A stretch of DNA of 62,563 nucleotides, the filler included, from Globobulimina sp. (Eukaryota), in the NCBI GenBank assembly GCA_003354225.1. It is 38 parts of 38 records of this genome, joined end to end, with 100 filler letters (N's around TTAATTAATTAA, not from the genome) between each part and the next. Parts side by side here need not be neighbours in the genome. Positions count along the whole stretch, not along the records: positions 36,293 to 37,841 come from PIVH01014961.1; positions 37,942 to 39,490 come from PIVH01014962.1; positions 39,591 to 41,139 come from PIVH01014963.1; positions 41,240 to 42,787 come from PIVH01014964.1; positions 42,888 to 44,435 come from PIVH01014965.1; positions 44,536 to 46,083 come from PIVH01014966.1; positions 46,184 to 47,731 come from PIVH01014967.1; 31 more parts are not named here. One strand, 5' to 3'. Within the stretch, counting starts at the first letter, position 1; each line of letters opens with the position of its first letter. Made by a program: the position numbers and the translations under genes. The notes beneath the pieces are model-generated. The model worked only from the letters and a program-made list of their open reading frames with translations. It searched no databases and was not told the DNA's origin. This document shows positions 36,193 through 47,831 of this stretch, in pieces.

Positions 36193-36663
36193 NNNNNNNN
36201 NNNNNNNNNNNNNNNNNNNNNNNNNNNNNNNNNNNNTTAATTAATTAANNNNNNNNNNNNNNNNNNNNNNNNNNNNNNNNNNNNNNNNNNNNACTTTTTT
36301 GCAAGGGAACTTATTACAAATTTAAAATGATTACATTTGCGCATAAAGGCTGCATTTTTTTTAACATACATAGTGCAAGGATATGTTTGTTCGAATGAAG
36401 TGCAATATTTTGTTTGGCTTTCATCAAAAAAAACTCGAAGACACTTAACAATCGAGCATGGAACATGCTAATTGGAGCTATTGGGACGCAAAGTCATTTG
36501 GATCAATCAAAATGGACACTGCGGACAATATGAGCATCGGTTACATTCATTGGAGGAGAACAAATTATTTTGAAATTGGTTTGGACTGTAAATCATTCTA
36601 CGTAAAGTTTAGATGATATAGGAATTTATTATGGATATTAAAAATTTGCCGGCCAAGCTTTAG

Positions 36664-36873
36664 GATGAAAGGAGCTATGGACAAAGGCACTGTTTTATAT
36701 CGGATTTAAAGGGAAACGGTGGGAAATTTCTGAAGAAACAATATTGGATTCATCGACAGAAAGCAACGCATAATTTGGAGATGTATGATTGGAATTGGTC
36801 CAAACCAAAAAATTTAGACAAATATATATCGGAAGAAGCTGTATTACAAATTAAATGGCAAATTTTGAAATAA
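36664..36873 (+). CDS. Hypothetical terminal exon
   Basis: TTTAG acceptor followed by 69 open codons and TAA. Confidence 0.3.
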   Translation, partial: DERSYGQRHCFISDLKGNGGKFLKKQYWIHRQKATHNLEMYDWNWSKPKNLDKYISEEAVLQIKWQILK

Positions 36874-36902
36874 GTCACATTTTTGTCTAATGAAAAATAT
36901 GG

Positions 36903-37733
36903 GTGAATATAATCACGAACACCGGTACCATCGCCCACTGCGGTTTTATAATCATCGCCAAACACATTTAATTGTTTATATTTGTTATAAAAGGCAGCAT
37001 CTGTTTCCTTTTTAGTTTGTGCCACAGCCACACGCGACAAGAATGGCATCAAATTGTTTGGAATTCCCAGAGGGTCTTCGCCGATTAAACCAGATTTATG
37101 GGCACCGATTGGATTAAAATATCGCAAAATAATCACATTGAATCGCTTATTAGCCGCAGCATAATCTTTTAGTATTTCTTCAATGAAATATTTGCTTTTT
37201 CCGTAAGGATTAGTCAGTCCAATGCCAACCTGCGCCGATTCATCGATGGGCACTACATTCAATGCATTATTGCCATACACCGTCGCCGACGATGAAAATA
37301 TAATATTATTGCAATTATATTTTGCTAACACAAAAATTAAATTGGTGGTTGATATTAAATTATTTTGATAATATAATAATGGTTTTTCTAGTGATTCGCC
37401 GACGGCTTTCAATCCGGCAAAATGAATACATGCAAATGGCCGATGCTTATTTATAATCACATCCAATCCCAAAATATCTGCCGACAGATCAATATCATAA
37501 TTAATAATATTTGCCTTCCTATCTTTTGTAATTTCTCGAATACGAGATATTGATTCAATTGATGAGTTCACAAAATTATCGATAATTATTATTTGCGTGA
37601 AGCCAGCATTTATTAATTCAATGACTGTATGTGAACCAATAAAACCAGCTCCGCCGGTTACAATCACTGGCAAAGTGCCGTAATCATCAATATTATGAAT
37701 AATCTCTGATTTTGTTTCTTCGGAACTTGACAT
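36903..37733 (-). CDS. galE: UDP-glucose 4-epimerase, truncated after RDYIH
   Basis: TGGAGFIGSH, HFAGLKAVGES, YGKSK, LRYFNP, GVRDYIH. Confidence 0.95.
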
Positions 37734-37941
37734 GTTACTATAGAGCTTTTATGTTTATTAGAAAAACAAGGCGCAATATAAGAACAACCCCTTGCTCATA
37801 TGTGCAGGGCCAGGGATCATATATGTAGGTATATATAAGATNNNNNNNNNNNNNNNNNNNNNNNNNNNNNNNNNNNNNNNNNNNNTTAATTAATTAANNN
37901 NNNNNNNNNNNNNNNNNNNNNNNNNNNNNNNNNNNNNNNNN

Positions 37942-39232
37942 GTTGTTGGCAGTGTTGTTGGCTATATCGTGCCATGCAGGGAATGATATTCTTAAATTAA
38001 ATGATTGTAAACCTGATGATAATGCATTAACACAGTTCCTATCATTATGCATTAAAAATCCAGCACATTTAGAACAAGTACAGCAAAAATTAGAAGATGG
38101 CGAAATAGATTATAATGCATTATTTCAATTATCTGAAGATGATATCAGAGCAACGCTTAAATATATTGACATTAAACCATTGTATATTGGATTAATTATT
38201 AGTAAATTACATAATATTAAAGGTTCGGGGGTTGAAAAATATCCATCACATTCTGTAGCTTCCATAGTGGTTTTAAATAATGAGCAAAATAAATATATAT
38301 TACAATTAAATCAAAATATAGCAAATGTTAAAAACAATATTGCCAAATTAGAGCAGAATATGATTGAAATTAATGAAGCGGCTCAAAACATTACCTTACA
38401 AATTAATGATCATTATCAAGAATTATACAAAATATTATCCACACAAAAAGCTTTAACATTGAGCAAATTGAATGGAATCAAGGAACGAAAATTAAATATG
38501 ACTGCTGACCAAAAAATAAATGCAACAAAAGCACTGAAATATTTGCAAAATGATAGCATGGATTTATCACAAATCATAAATAATGCAAATTTAGATTTAG
38601 TTGAGAAGCAATATGGTATTACAAAGCTTATTGATACATCACAACAGGAACTATTAAAATATGATTATTATTTGCAACAAAACATGGTACTAATAACCCA
38701 ACCGGTTTTTAAATATTCCACGAAGGAAACATTTTTGTTTGTACAATTGGTGCAGAAAATAAATAATATTTTCGATGTTGATGTAAATTTAACTGACATA
38801 CGATTTGATGGATGGAGTATTTTTATAGATTGGAGTACAGATTTATTTTATTTGGATAAAGATTTAAAATTTGATGTTGAATTTAACAAAGTTGGAGCTA
38901 ACAAAACAATTAAAAAACAATGGAAAGTTTTACATTGTTTGAGCGCAAATGAAACAGAAATACAGTTGGATTATGATAAAATAGAATTATTGGAAGAATT
39001 TACTGAATATGAATTCCATATCAAAGTTATTTTTTTAAATCGCGAAATATATTCTCAAACATTGAATACTGAAACAAAAGAGTTCACTCCATATTTTAAG
39101 GAGGTTAAAGAAGATGTTACTCCAAAACTCACTGCAAAAGAAGCTAAAAAAAATGCTATAAATAAGAGACGTAAAACAGAACAATCAGGACTTCAGAGAA
39201 GACGTGCAGCTGCTGCAGCGCTTGGTAGATAA
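37942..39232 (+). CDS. SAM-like / coiled-coil / FN3-like protein
   Basis: Long ORF, hydrophobic start, coiled-coil middle, W...L..FTEYEF.I FN3-like end. Confidence 0.55.
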
Positions 39233-39590
39233 CTTTTACACTTTCTTAGTATATACACATCAGTGATTGTCATATCAAAAGCAACCCCCTAGACAAGAGC
39301 CACCCTTTTCCAGTGTTGAAATTTTTATCGCGCCGCTCCCTACTCCTTTGTAAATGTTTGAAAAAAAAAAATTAAAAAAAAAAAAAACAGTGCAAATGTA
39401 GGCATCATCATAGTTGTGAAGTTTTCCACATGACACTGTCCGTAAACCCAATGCAGCAATCCTGATTTTTATTGAATACCGAGTCTGAAANNNNNNNNNN
39501 NNNNNNNNNNNNNNNNNNNNNNNNNNNNNNNNNNTTAATTAATTAANNNNNNNNNNNNNNNNNNNNNNNNNNNNNNNNNNNNNNNNNNNN

Positions 39591-39985
39591 TCGGCACAAA
39601 TTAAACAAAATATTTGTGATCCAATTGATGATTTACAATTTATGCATTTATATCCATTATTTGCAATTGTTTGAATATTTGCCTTAACTGTACCTGTATT
39701 TGAATCACGTGACACTTTAATATTTGGTAACCATAAACAACACGATAAATGAACCCATTTGTCATCATCTGATACGGTTTGAATTAAGACACCACCATAA
39801 TTTGGACACAGTTCACATTTTAATGTTAATGGATCTTGTAATTGTTGACATGCCTGACATTTCCAAGCACCACTACAACCACTTAATCCTAAACAATTTA
39901 GATGTGCTGTTACTTTACATTTTGTACATTTTATAATAACCCCGGAATCATCAAAACATACACTACATGTTTTACGTTTACTTCT
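39591..39985 (-). CDS. PHD / zinc-knuckle / ePHD (PZP) module fragment
   Basis: CSVC...CTKC...H..C...WKCQAC, CELCPNYGG, WVHLSCCLW. Confidence 0.85.
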
Positions 39986-40088
39986 GCAGAGAATGTAATG
40001 CTTGCATAAATCGTGCGTAATGGTATTGCCACAAAGCTGACAGCAGGAACCACACATGATAAAAACAGTTTTTTTTTGCTTGATAAAT

Positions 40089-40636
40089 ATCTCAGTGAGC
40101 TGCAGTTCATGTCGTTTTCAAGCAGGTTTTTATTCACAGCAGTGTTCATCAAATGCATTGTTAGTCAAGATACAACGCCAGCAATATCAACGAGTGATGT
40201 CAAAGAATCACAAAATATAATGGATCCAACAACATATACTATAAAAACGTGGATGATATGCTCCGGAATCGTAGTAGGATTGATTGGTATATGCATAATT
40301 TGTATATGCTGTGTTGTTGCCAAACAGAAGAAAGCAAAATCATTAAAAGAAAATCCTTATCCGGCAAGTCCACACAAATGGTTTCAAACAGACAGACGAA
40401 CACAATCACGGCAATCACAATTATTTGATAGTGTTGTAACAAATATTGGTTTAACAAAAGTTAATATTAATACTACAGAATCGACTCATTCAACAGCAAC
40501 AACCGCTGAAATGGCAAATGAAATTGTTAAAACAGATGTTGTTGAAACAGTTGTTATTGAAACAGTCGAAGTGTCCCAATCAGATCAACAAGAACAAAAT
40601 TTTGAAGAATCTTTTAGTATTGATGCACATCTTTAG
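40089..40636 (+). CDS. Single-pass type I membrane protein
   Basis: Signal-like N-terminus, TM with Cys cluster, basic stop-transfer sequence. Confidence 0.6.
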
Positions 40637-40960
40637 AATATCATTTGTTGTGTGTAAATTGTATTGTGTGTAAATTAATGTAGTGTGATTTTAATCCGAA
40701 TCGTTATTTATAACCAAACATAAATTGTATGCAGTCAAAAACATATACTTGATGCCGATATCGGATTCCATGGATTTCATTGACAATGACAAGCCCAACT
40801 GTAATAACACAACTTTGAGACATTAAACCGATCAAAGAAAGAAAATCGAGTTTTATTTACCTTGTGAGACGCTATTGTCTTCCATAAAAGTTTTAATGTT
40901 TAAAGTTGATTGTATTTATACTACAATACGGATATGTGATATTCAACAACAAACATATAT

Positions 40961-41000
40961 GGTTCAGTAGCTCAATATTGATAGAGCGTGCGTCTACGGT
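40961..41000 (+). pseudogene. tRNA-Arg(ACG)-like 5' half
   Basis: GGTTCAG TA GCTC-loop-GAGC G TGCGT CT ACG; no matching 3' anticodon stem or acceptor stem. Confidence 0.4.
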
Positions 41001-41239
41001 TCTAATGCCGTCTCCCTCAATATTGATTTCGGTTGATGTTGAGTTTAACCCCCTTATGTTGCGCTAGATATAAAAATATGTTATTAAACTTGATAACATA
41101 CATGTTTACTTGTTCAATCTCTGGTAAGTATTCCAAAATNNNNNNNNNNNNNNNNNNNNNNNNNNNNNNNNNNNNNNNNNNNNTTAATTAATTAANNNNN
41201 NNNNNNNNNNNNNNNNNNNNNNNNNNNNNNNNNNNNNNN

Positions 41240-41760
41240 ATTTATGTTTATATTCGTGTTCATATTCATATGTATTACTATCCTCATTATAATGTTGTTT
41301 TATTTGTTGTAATAACATCAGTTGAAGTTTTTTACAATCATTATTTTCAAAGTTTGTGGTTAAGAATTGTATAAAATTAGATTCATTGATTGTGTGTTCA
41401 TTATTTGCATCCATTAAATTAAATATATTTTCCATTTCTTTGTTTGATAATGTATTTATTCCAAACTGGAGCAAGCCACAAATAAAATTTGTTAAATCTA
41501 ATAAGTTGTTATCTGATTTAGAACATATTCTATTGAAAGCGTCACGTAATATATCCTTTTGGTGCATATAATATATCATAAACACGATGGAACAAACAAA
41601 AATCAATGAATTTCAAAAATCAATATATATGACACACAACTGTTTCATCCTTGGATTCCAAACTCATTCTCTTTCGTATTAATCTTTTTTTATGTGAAGT
41701 TTTTTTCACTTTTTCATCAAATCTTTTCTTCATTCGCATTTTTGACCATTCTGTCGACAT
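41240..41760 (-). CDS. EF-hand protein (3' partial); probable intron ~41556-41640
   Basis: LRDAF...IFNLMDANNEHTINESNF. Confidence 0.65.
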
Positions 41761-41901
41761 CAAAGCAACCGTCAGCTCTATCACGCTTTGAAAGTAAATT
41801 GAAATAGAGTTTAGTCCGAATCCTTTGCCGAATCGTATTTTAATCGGCGAATAACACTCAGTCTCAATACTGATAAAGTACACAGAACAAATTAATAAAT
41901 C

Positions 41902-42323
41902 ATGTCTGATGAAGAAACACCAACAGGAGCGCCGGCTCGGCGTGGTCCAGGACGACGGGGAGGAAGTAAAAAAAGAGCAGAAACTTATAATATTTATATC
42001 TATAAAGTATTAAAACAGGTTCATCCCGAAATGGGTGTATCAAAGCGTGCAATGTATATCTTAAATTCATTTGTTTATGACATATTTGATCGTATTTGCA
42101 CTGAAGCCTCCAAATTATGCCAATATTCACATAAACAAACATTATCTGCCAGAGAAGTTAAACACATTCATTCCTATACCACACATTGCGGATTTTTTTG
42201 TATTAAAAAAATGATATTTAGATTCAAACAGCGGTACAATTGGTATTACCCGGCGAGTTGGCAAAACATGCAATATCCGAAGGGGGAAAAGCTGTGAATA
42301 AATACCATGCGTCTTTAAATTAA
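41902..42323 (+). CDS. H2B: Histone H2B; intron 42157-42221
   Basis: [11 protein letters not shown]; splicing restores [19 protein letters not shown]...KAVNKY. Confidence 0.97.
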
Positions 42324-43085
42324 AAAAAATAAACATAAATGAGAATCTACACTGTTTCAGGAATAAACCTCGTTATTTTGCTTCTTATCAAAGTTATCAT
42401 GCAATCGTATTTTTTGGTATTTGGTTTCTGTGTTTTTATTTTTTAATTATGACTAATGTTTGTATTTGATATGAGATTTAAAATTTTTTTTATTACTATT
42501 TATCATTATTGTTTGTATTTTGTTTATTTTCCCTGACATTACAGTTTAAATTGTGACAGAATTTCATTATTTCTTTTTTGCAAAACATATACTTTTCATC
42601 CTTGCACAATAAAAACGTTACAGAAACGCTAAAGTAATGCATTTGAAATATGTTCGAATCAGTGCGAAGAGATAATGCGTGAAAGCCACAAAGTTAAAAT
42701 CCAATCAAATTTCACTTTGAAAAACACGGTAAACATCAAAAAATCGTTAAACTTAATAATGGCACAGTCAAATGCTGATGAAAATATNNNNNNNNNNNNN
42801 NNNNNNNNNNNNNNNNNNNNNNNNNNNNNNNTTAATTAATTAANNNNNNNNNNNNNNNNNNNNNNNNNNNNNNNNNNNNNNNNNNNNAGATGTTCCAAAG
42901 GGACAAGAATCACTTTTTAGAACGCTTGCAGCTAAAGCCCTTCGGTAGTAAACAGAAAAGTTTTTTCAAATGTTTAACCTCCGAACTTAAATGGCAGTAG
43001 TCTAATCACAAACTATCTTTTTTCAATTGTGTGATATTGATGTTACAAACACAAATAATTCAAAATGTTACAAAAAAAAAGAATA

Positions 43086-44222
43086 TCAATCAAATTCTGA
43101 AGTCAGTAAACTTTTATCCGCAGATATTCTTTTTTCGGACAATGACTGTTTTAAATTAGTTTGGATCATTTGTAATTTTGTGCGTTCCCTATTTTCCCAA
43201 TCCGTCCATATCTCATTGCTCTCCATCTCCTCATCAATCATCAAATCGTCATCCTCTCCTTTCATCTCATTCTGATTCTCGTTTTTTGCAAATTCAAACA
43301 CATCAATTGGATCACTCACTTTTTTATTTAATCTCATCTTCCTCGAAAATGCATCATTTTGTTGATATTGATATTGAATGAATTTATTTTCAATTTGATT
43401 GCTCCATTTTCGCACAATGCCAATCACAAATTCGTTAATAAAATGCAAAAAACTTTTTGCATTCATTGCGACGCCGCCTATCTTATCCACGGCACAGAGC
43501 TGTTTATGCGCAGTCATACAATACACGGTTTTACCGGCCATTAGTTTCTCTTCCATGATATTCGGGTCATTAAAGGTGAAAAAACCATCGTTTTTAGCAT
43601 TCTTTGGCTTATTTTGCTTATTGTTTCTCATTAAAACATGTCCCAAACTCACACAAATAGGCAAATGATGCACAGATAAAGCAATGGGATGGCGATCAAG
43701 CATGGAATGGACCGTAATTTTGCTGCCAACCACGGTGACGTCGGGTCGACGATGATGTTTTAAGGCGCATAAAGCCGCTAAATTGGCACAGTCAATAATG
43801 TTGCCATCATGTTGAATGACGGAGATATTACAGTTTAATAACCAAACTTTATCGCCATTTAAAATACAAAGCGATTCAAAATCAATTGCTTTTGATTCGT
43901 AAATCCCAGCTTTGATAATTAAACAAATGCGATCAATATCATTATGAGTGATGGAGTCATGATAATAATTTGGAAATGTACAGTTAATGTGAATGCGGCC
44001 TTGGTTTGGTTTATCTAAACGTGGTGAGCCTAATTCGTGAGTCACGCGAGCTAACACTCGGGTTTTACCTAAACATACCTCAATGGTTCCCGTTTTTGCC
44101 CCAAATTCAATTTTCATCTCACGCACTGTGTTTAGTCCACGACCGTCAACACGTAAACCTAACTCAAGCGCTGATATCATAAAATCTTGTTCCACGTTGC
44201 TGAGGATCCGGTTGTTTGCCAT
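43086..44222 (-). CDS. RRP45: Exosome subunit RRP45/EXOSC9
   Basis: RVDGR, LGKTRV, AIDFESLCI..G.KVW, HDGNIID, HRRPDV, HHLPICVS. Confidence 0.93.
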   Translation of the reverse strand: MANNRILSNVEQDFMISALELGLRVDGRGLNTVREMKIEFGAKTGTIEVCLGKTRVLARVTHELGSPRLDKPNQGRIHINCTFPNYYHDSITHNDIDRICLIIKAGIYESKAIDFESLCILNGDKVWLLNCNISVIQHDGNIIDCANLAALCALKHHRRPDVTVVGSKITVHSMLDRHPIALSVHHLPICVSLGHVLMRNNKQNKPKNAKNDGFFTFNDPNIMEEKLMAGKTVYCMTAHKQLCAVDKIGGVAMNAKSFLHFINEFVIGIVRKWSNQIENKFIQYQYQQNDAFSRKMRLNKKVSDPIDVFEFAKNENQNEMKGEDDDLMIDEEMESNEIWTDWENRERTKLQMIQTNLKQSLSEKRISADKSLLTSEFD

Positions 44223-44535
44223 TATAAAGCTGACACTTAGTATTACTATTTTCGAAACGGTTTGGTTTTTTTTAATGTGTTTTTTTTCAAACCGTTAAAA
44301 CTTTTAATTTCACCGTTGCAGTGTTTTATTGCATTTTTTTGGATTTTTTTGGATTTTTGTCAAAAATAGTAATTCCGTCAAAATAATTATTTCCGAAATA
44401 ACTGTTCAAATTATTATTTTGGTGAATATTCAAAANNNNNNNNNNNNNNNNNNNNNNNNNNNNNNNNNNNNNNNNNNNNTTAATTAATTAANNNNNNNNN
44501 NNNNNNNNNNNNNNNNNNNNNNNNNNNNNNNNNNN

Positions 44536-45009
44536 ACAAATTATGATGCATCACAATTACCGTTAGACATTCCCAAATTGCCACCATTTTCATCTCTGAA
44601 AACAATAAGTGGCTCAATATCAGCACCAATTACACCAATTACACCGATTACACCGATTACGCCGATTACACCGATTACAGGCAATCCATATGGATTACAA
44701 TCAACTGCAATTGCATATAGTTTATCATTGCCGCCAGCTGCAGCACAATCAAATGCAATTCCAGCAACACCACAATATCACGCAACAACGTTTGGCAATG
44801 ATATATCTTATCAACAATTAATGTATCAGTATGGTTTTAATTATCTTGTACCTGCTCCCAACATCATTGCAGTACCGATGGTAACAATGGCGGTGCCATC
44901 ATTTTGGACACATGCATTGCCGCAAACAAATATGTATAATATGCCACCAATCATCAATACACCATCACCGTATTATAATTTACCACCAAATGTGAATACG
45001 TCAAGTTGA
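44536..45009 (+). CDS. Pro-rich low-complexity C-terminus (5' partial)
   Basis: PIT tripeptide repeats encoded by a 9-bp tandem unit. Confidence 0.5.
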   Translation, partial: TNYDASQLPLDIPKLPPFSSLKTISGSISAPITPITPITPITPITPITGNPYGLQSTAIAYSLSLPPAAAQSNAIPATPQYHATTFGNDISYQQLMYQYGFNYLVPAPNIIAVPMVTMAVPSFWTHALPQTNMYNMPPIINTPSPYYNLPPNVNTSS

Positions 45010-45275
45010 ATGAATTTTTATTTTACAGCCAGCAAGTTTTGCAGATATAATATTTAGACTTCATCGGATTTTTTCCAAAAGACTACAAATCTGGTGAATG
45101 CTTCGGGATATTAAAGATGTAAATTGATCATTTTCTGTGTTAATTTTCTTGCATTTACTCACTCGACCAAAACGAGCTTTGTTTTCAATGCATGTATCAT
45201 AGCAAATGGCTTGTGTGTGCTTTGAAATTCGATGTGATTATTTTAATTTATTTTATTTTCTTTTTCAATCTGGTC

Positions 45276-45424
45276 ACATATCAAATTTTTTTCGGGTACA
45301 CCATGTTTTGCATATCAAAAAACAATATCCACTTTAGCCACTGCTTTTTATGTAAACACAATGTAGTTGAATATTGCTTTTTTTGATATGCAAAACATGG
45401 TGTACCCGAAAATGTTTTGATATG
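45276..45424. mobile_element. Palindromic MITE, copy 1
   Basis: TTTTCGGGTACACCATGTTTTGCATATCAAAAAA and its reverse complement; related copy at 57535. Confidence 0.8.
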
Positions 45425-45523
45425 CGTAAAATGAATCATACAATTATCATTAATCGCAGTCTCCATCGTGTCGAGCAGTACTGTTTTTTGGCAAGTGAAT
45501 CTCTCAATTTTCAGATAAATGAC

Positions 45524-46083
45524 ATGAATGAGGTAGCAAAATTAGGCGGATTCTCGTCATCAGAATTCGAACAACAACTTGTTGGTAATATATGGAATCA
45601 AGCAATTTCCTGGATAACAACGCATGAGTTTGTTAAATGTGTTTTGCTTATTTAAAAAAAACGAAATAATTAATTCAAAAAAAAAAACAAATAGGAATCA
45701 TTTATGTTATCCGAACAGCATCAAATGGAGCAATCAGAATGTAATCTGTTGTATTCATGGTCCAGTTATAACTTTGATTGATATGAAATTATTGTATCAT
45801 TCACGACCATTAGATTCTGTACGACACGAATGTCGCAGTGATTTATTAAGTGGATTAAAAGGCGCATTATCACAGATTCAATGCACACCACACTGTAATA
45901 ACACAAATAATATTAACCCAAATCAACAATTATCATTAGACTCTATTCCTTCTATCGGAAATCCAGTATTTGTAAATGTCGGATGGTGTCCATATCCACC
46001 TTCATTTTTTACTCAATTTGGTTTATTAGCAGCCATTCAATCCAATCATATCATAACTATTTATGGCATTCCATCATTTACAT
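45524..46083 (+). CDS. Possible TFIIIC delta (GTF3C4)-like beta-propeller N-terminus; intron 45628-45694
   Basis: YPNSIKWS...GP.ITL...WCP...GLLA; in-frame splice; start codon uncertain. Confidence 0.4.
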
Positions 46084-46183
46084 NNNNNNNNNNNNNNNNN
46101 NNNNNNNNNNNNNNNNNNNNNNNNNNNTTAATTAATTAANNNNNNNNNNNNNNNNNNNNNNNNNNNNNNNNNNNNNNNNNNNN

Positions 46184-46675
46184 GAAGAGAATGAGGATGA
46201 TACTAACCCTCGAAAAAAAGCAAAAGAAGAGAATGAGGATGATACTAACAGTAAAGCAGTAGCGGTGGGTGAGAAGCGCATAGTGCAACAAATTCCGATG
46301 GTTTGTACGGAGGCACACAGTGATTGGAAAAAAGCAAGATATCAATGTCCAGCAATAGTGAATAGAAAACAGTGTCCAGCACAACCAAAGTATGGTTCAG
46401 TGCAAAAACACTGGATGCCTCATGTGTGGAGAGGAGATGTAGACATACATGAATATCCAGGAACAGCATACAATGTTAGTGTAGTATGTGCAATACCTGG
46501 ACAGGAACAAAAACAAATATTTATGAATAAGGCTGGTTGGACTGCTCATTACAAGAAATGTGGATGTAAAGGTAAATTGATTTGTGGCCAAACCAAAAAG
46601 CCAAAATTTGTTGAAGATGTTAAAAATGATAAAACTATAAAACCAGGAGTAAATCAAAAAAAAAAGAAAAAATGA
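46184..46675 (+). CDS. Cys/His-rich basic protein (5' partial)
   Basis: Duplicated EENEDDTN; YQCP...C...H...H zinc-finger-like pattern. Confidence 0.5.
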   Translation, partial: EENEDDTNPRKKAKEENEDDTNSKAVAVGEKRIVQQIPMVCTEAHSDWKKARYQCPAIVNRKQCPAQPKYGSVQKHWMPHVWRGDVDIHEYPGTAYNVSVVCAIPGQEQKQIFMNKAGWTAHYKKCGCKGKLICGQTKKPKFVEDVKNDKTIKPGVNQKKKKK

Positions 46676-46678
46676 TAA

Positions 46679-47639
46679 TTACAAATTTGAATAGACACTT
46701 CTTATTTTATTTCTTTGAGCCATCCATCGAATAAATTTAGTTGGAGTTTTTATCCATTTGAAATTTGGACCATAATGTGCATAATCGACAGCGTTCAGTT
46801 TCTTTTGATCTGATTCATATGCATTACTCGTTTCTTTTCCAATTTCGATTACATAAAACAAAGACATTTGATTCTCCTTTGTTTCATGACAAGAATGATA
46901 TGTTGATCCATAATATGCAACACCTTCTCCGCGTTTTAATGATATTTGACATTTACGTAAATATCCCCATTCTTCAAATTGCTTCATACATTTCCTCAAA
47001 TCATCAACTTGGTTGAATGGCACATGTGATGACATATAAAAAAGGTCTGTGCCAAATTCATGCACTGGATAACATATTGTTACATATCGAGAATAATCCA
47101 ATTTATCGTCTGTGTGGAATAAATAAATATGATCACAATATATGATCATAATGCACGAATCAAGACATGTATGATCATATTATATATATGATCACAATAT
47201 ATGATCATAATGCACGAATCAAGACATGTATGATCATATTATATGATCATAATACACGAATATGGTACAAAATCATACGTTGTGCAGGTACATATTCTAA
47301 ATCACTCACTACGTCTTCAGGATTTGCCCCATTCGATCTAATAATAATGCCAGAGTCTACACAACGTACACATTCATCTCCATATAATATACGTAGTTCT
47401 TTATACACTGTCTCATCCTCTACTTTATGCTCGAGATATCCAACCCTTAAATCCTTCGCAAAAGCGCTAAAATGTATGAGCTTATGTCCCGCTCGGCTAT
47501 TCGTATGCATTGCTTGATCATCTTTAATGTTTTGTTTTTGTATATGACATCCCAATTTCTCTACAAATTTAAACAGATATGGTTTTAGAAATGGCGCCTT
47601 ATTGTGAATAAGACTGAATCCGAGAGTTTGTAGATTCAA
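46679..47639 (-). CDS. 2OG-Fe(II)/PhyH-like dioxygenase candidate interrupted by a repeat-containing intron (~47110-47280)
   Basis: PAQ...HTD...LKRGEGVAYYGSTYH double-stranded beta-helix-like pattern. Confidence 0.45.
47127..47262. repeat. 59-bp-period minisatellite rich in ATGATCAT palindromes
   Basis: About 2.3 copies of GATCACAATATATGATCATAATGCACGAATCAAGACATGTATGATCATATTATAT. Confidence 0.9.
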
Positions 47640-47831
47640 AATTATGGGATGATTAGGTAAGTTATTAGGTAAGTTATTACTAAAATTGAGAAATTGCTCT
47701 TGTTTTAATGATTTTGCCTCTGAGTAAAGGGNNNNNNNNNNNNNNNNNNNNNNNNNNNNNNNNNNNNNNNNNNNNTTAATTAATTAANNNNNNNNNNNNN
47801 NNNNNNNNNNNNNNNNNNNNNNNNNNNNNNN

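Noticed and set aside
47127-47262. Second CRISPR-like repeat
   Set aside because: Simple tandem duplication without spacers
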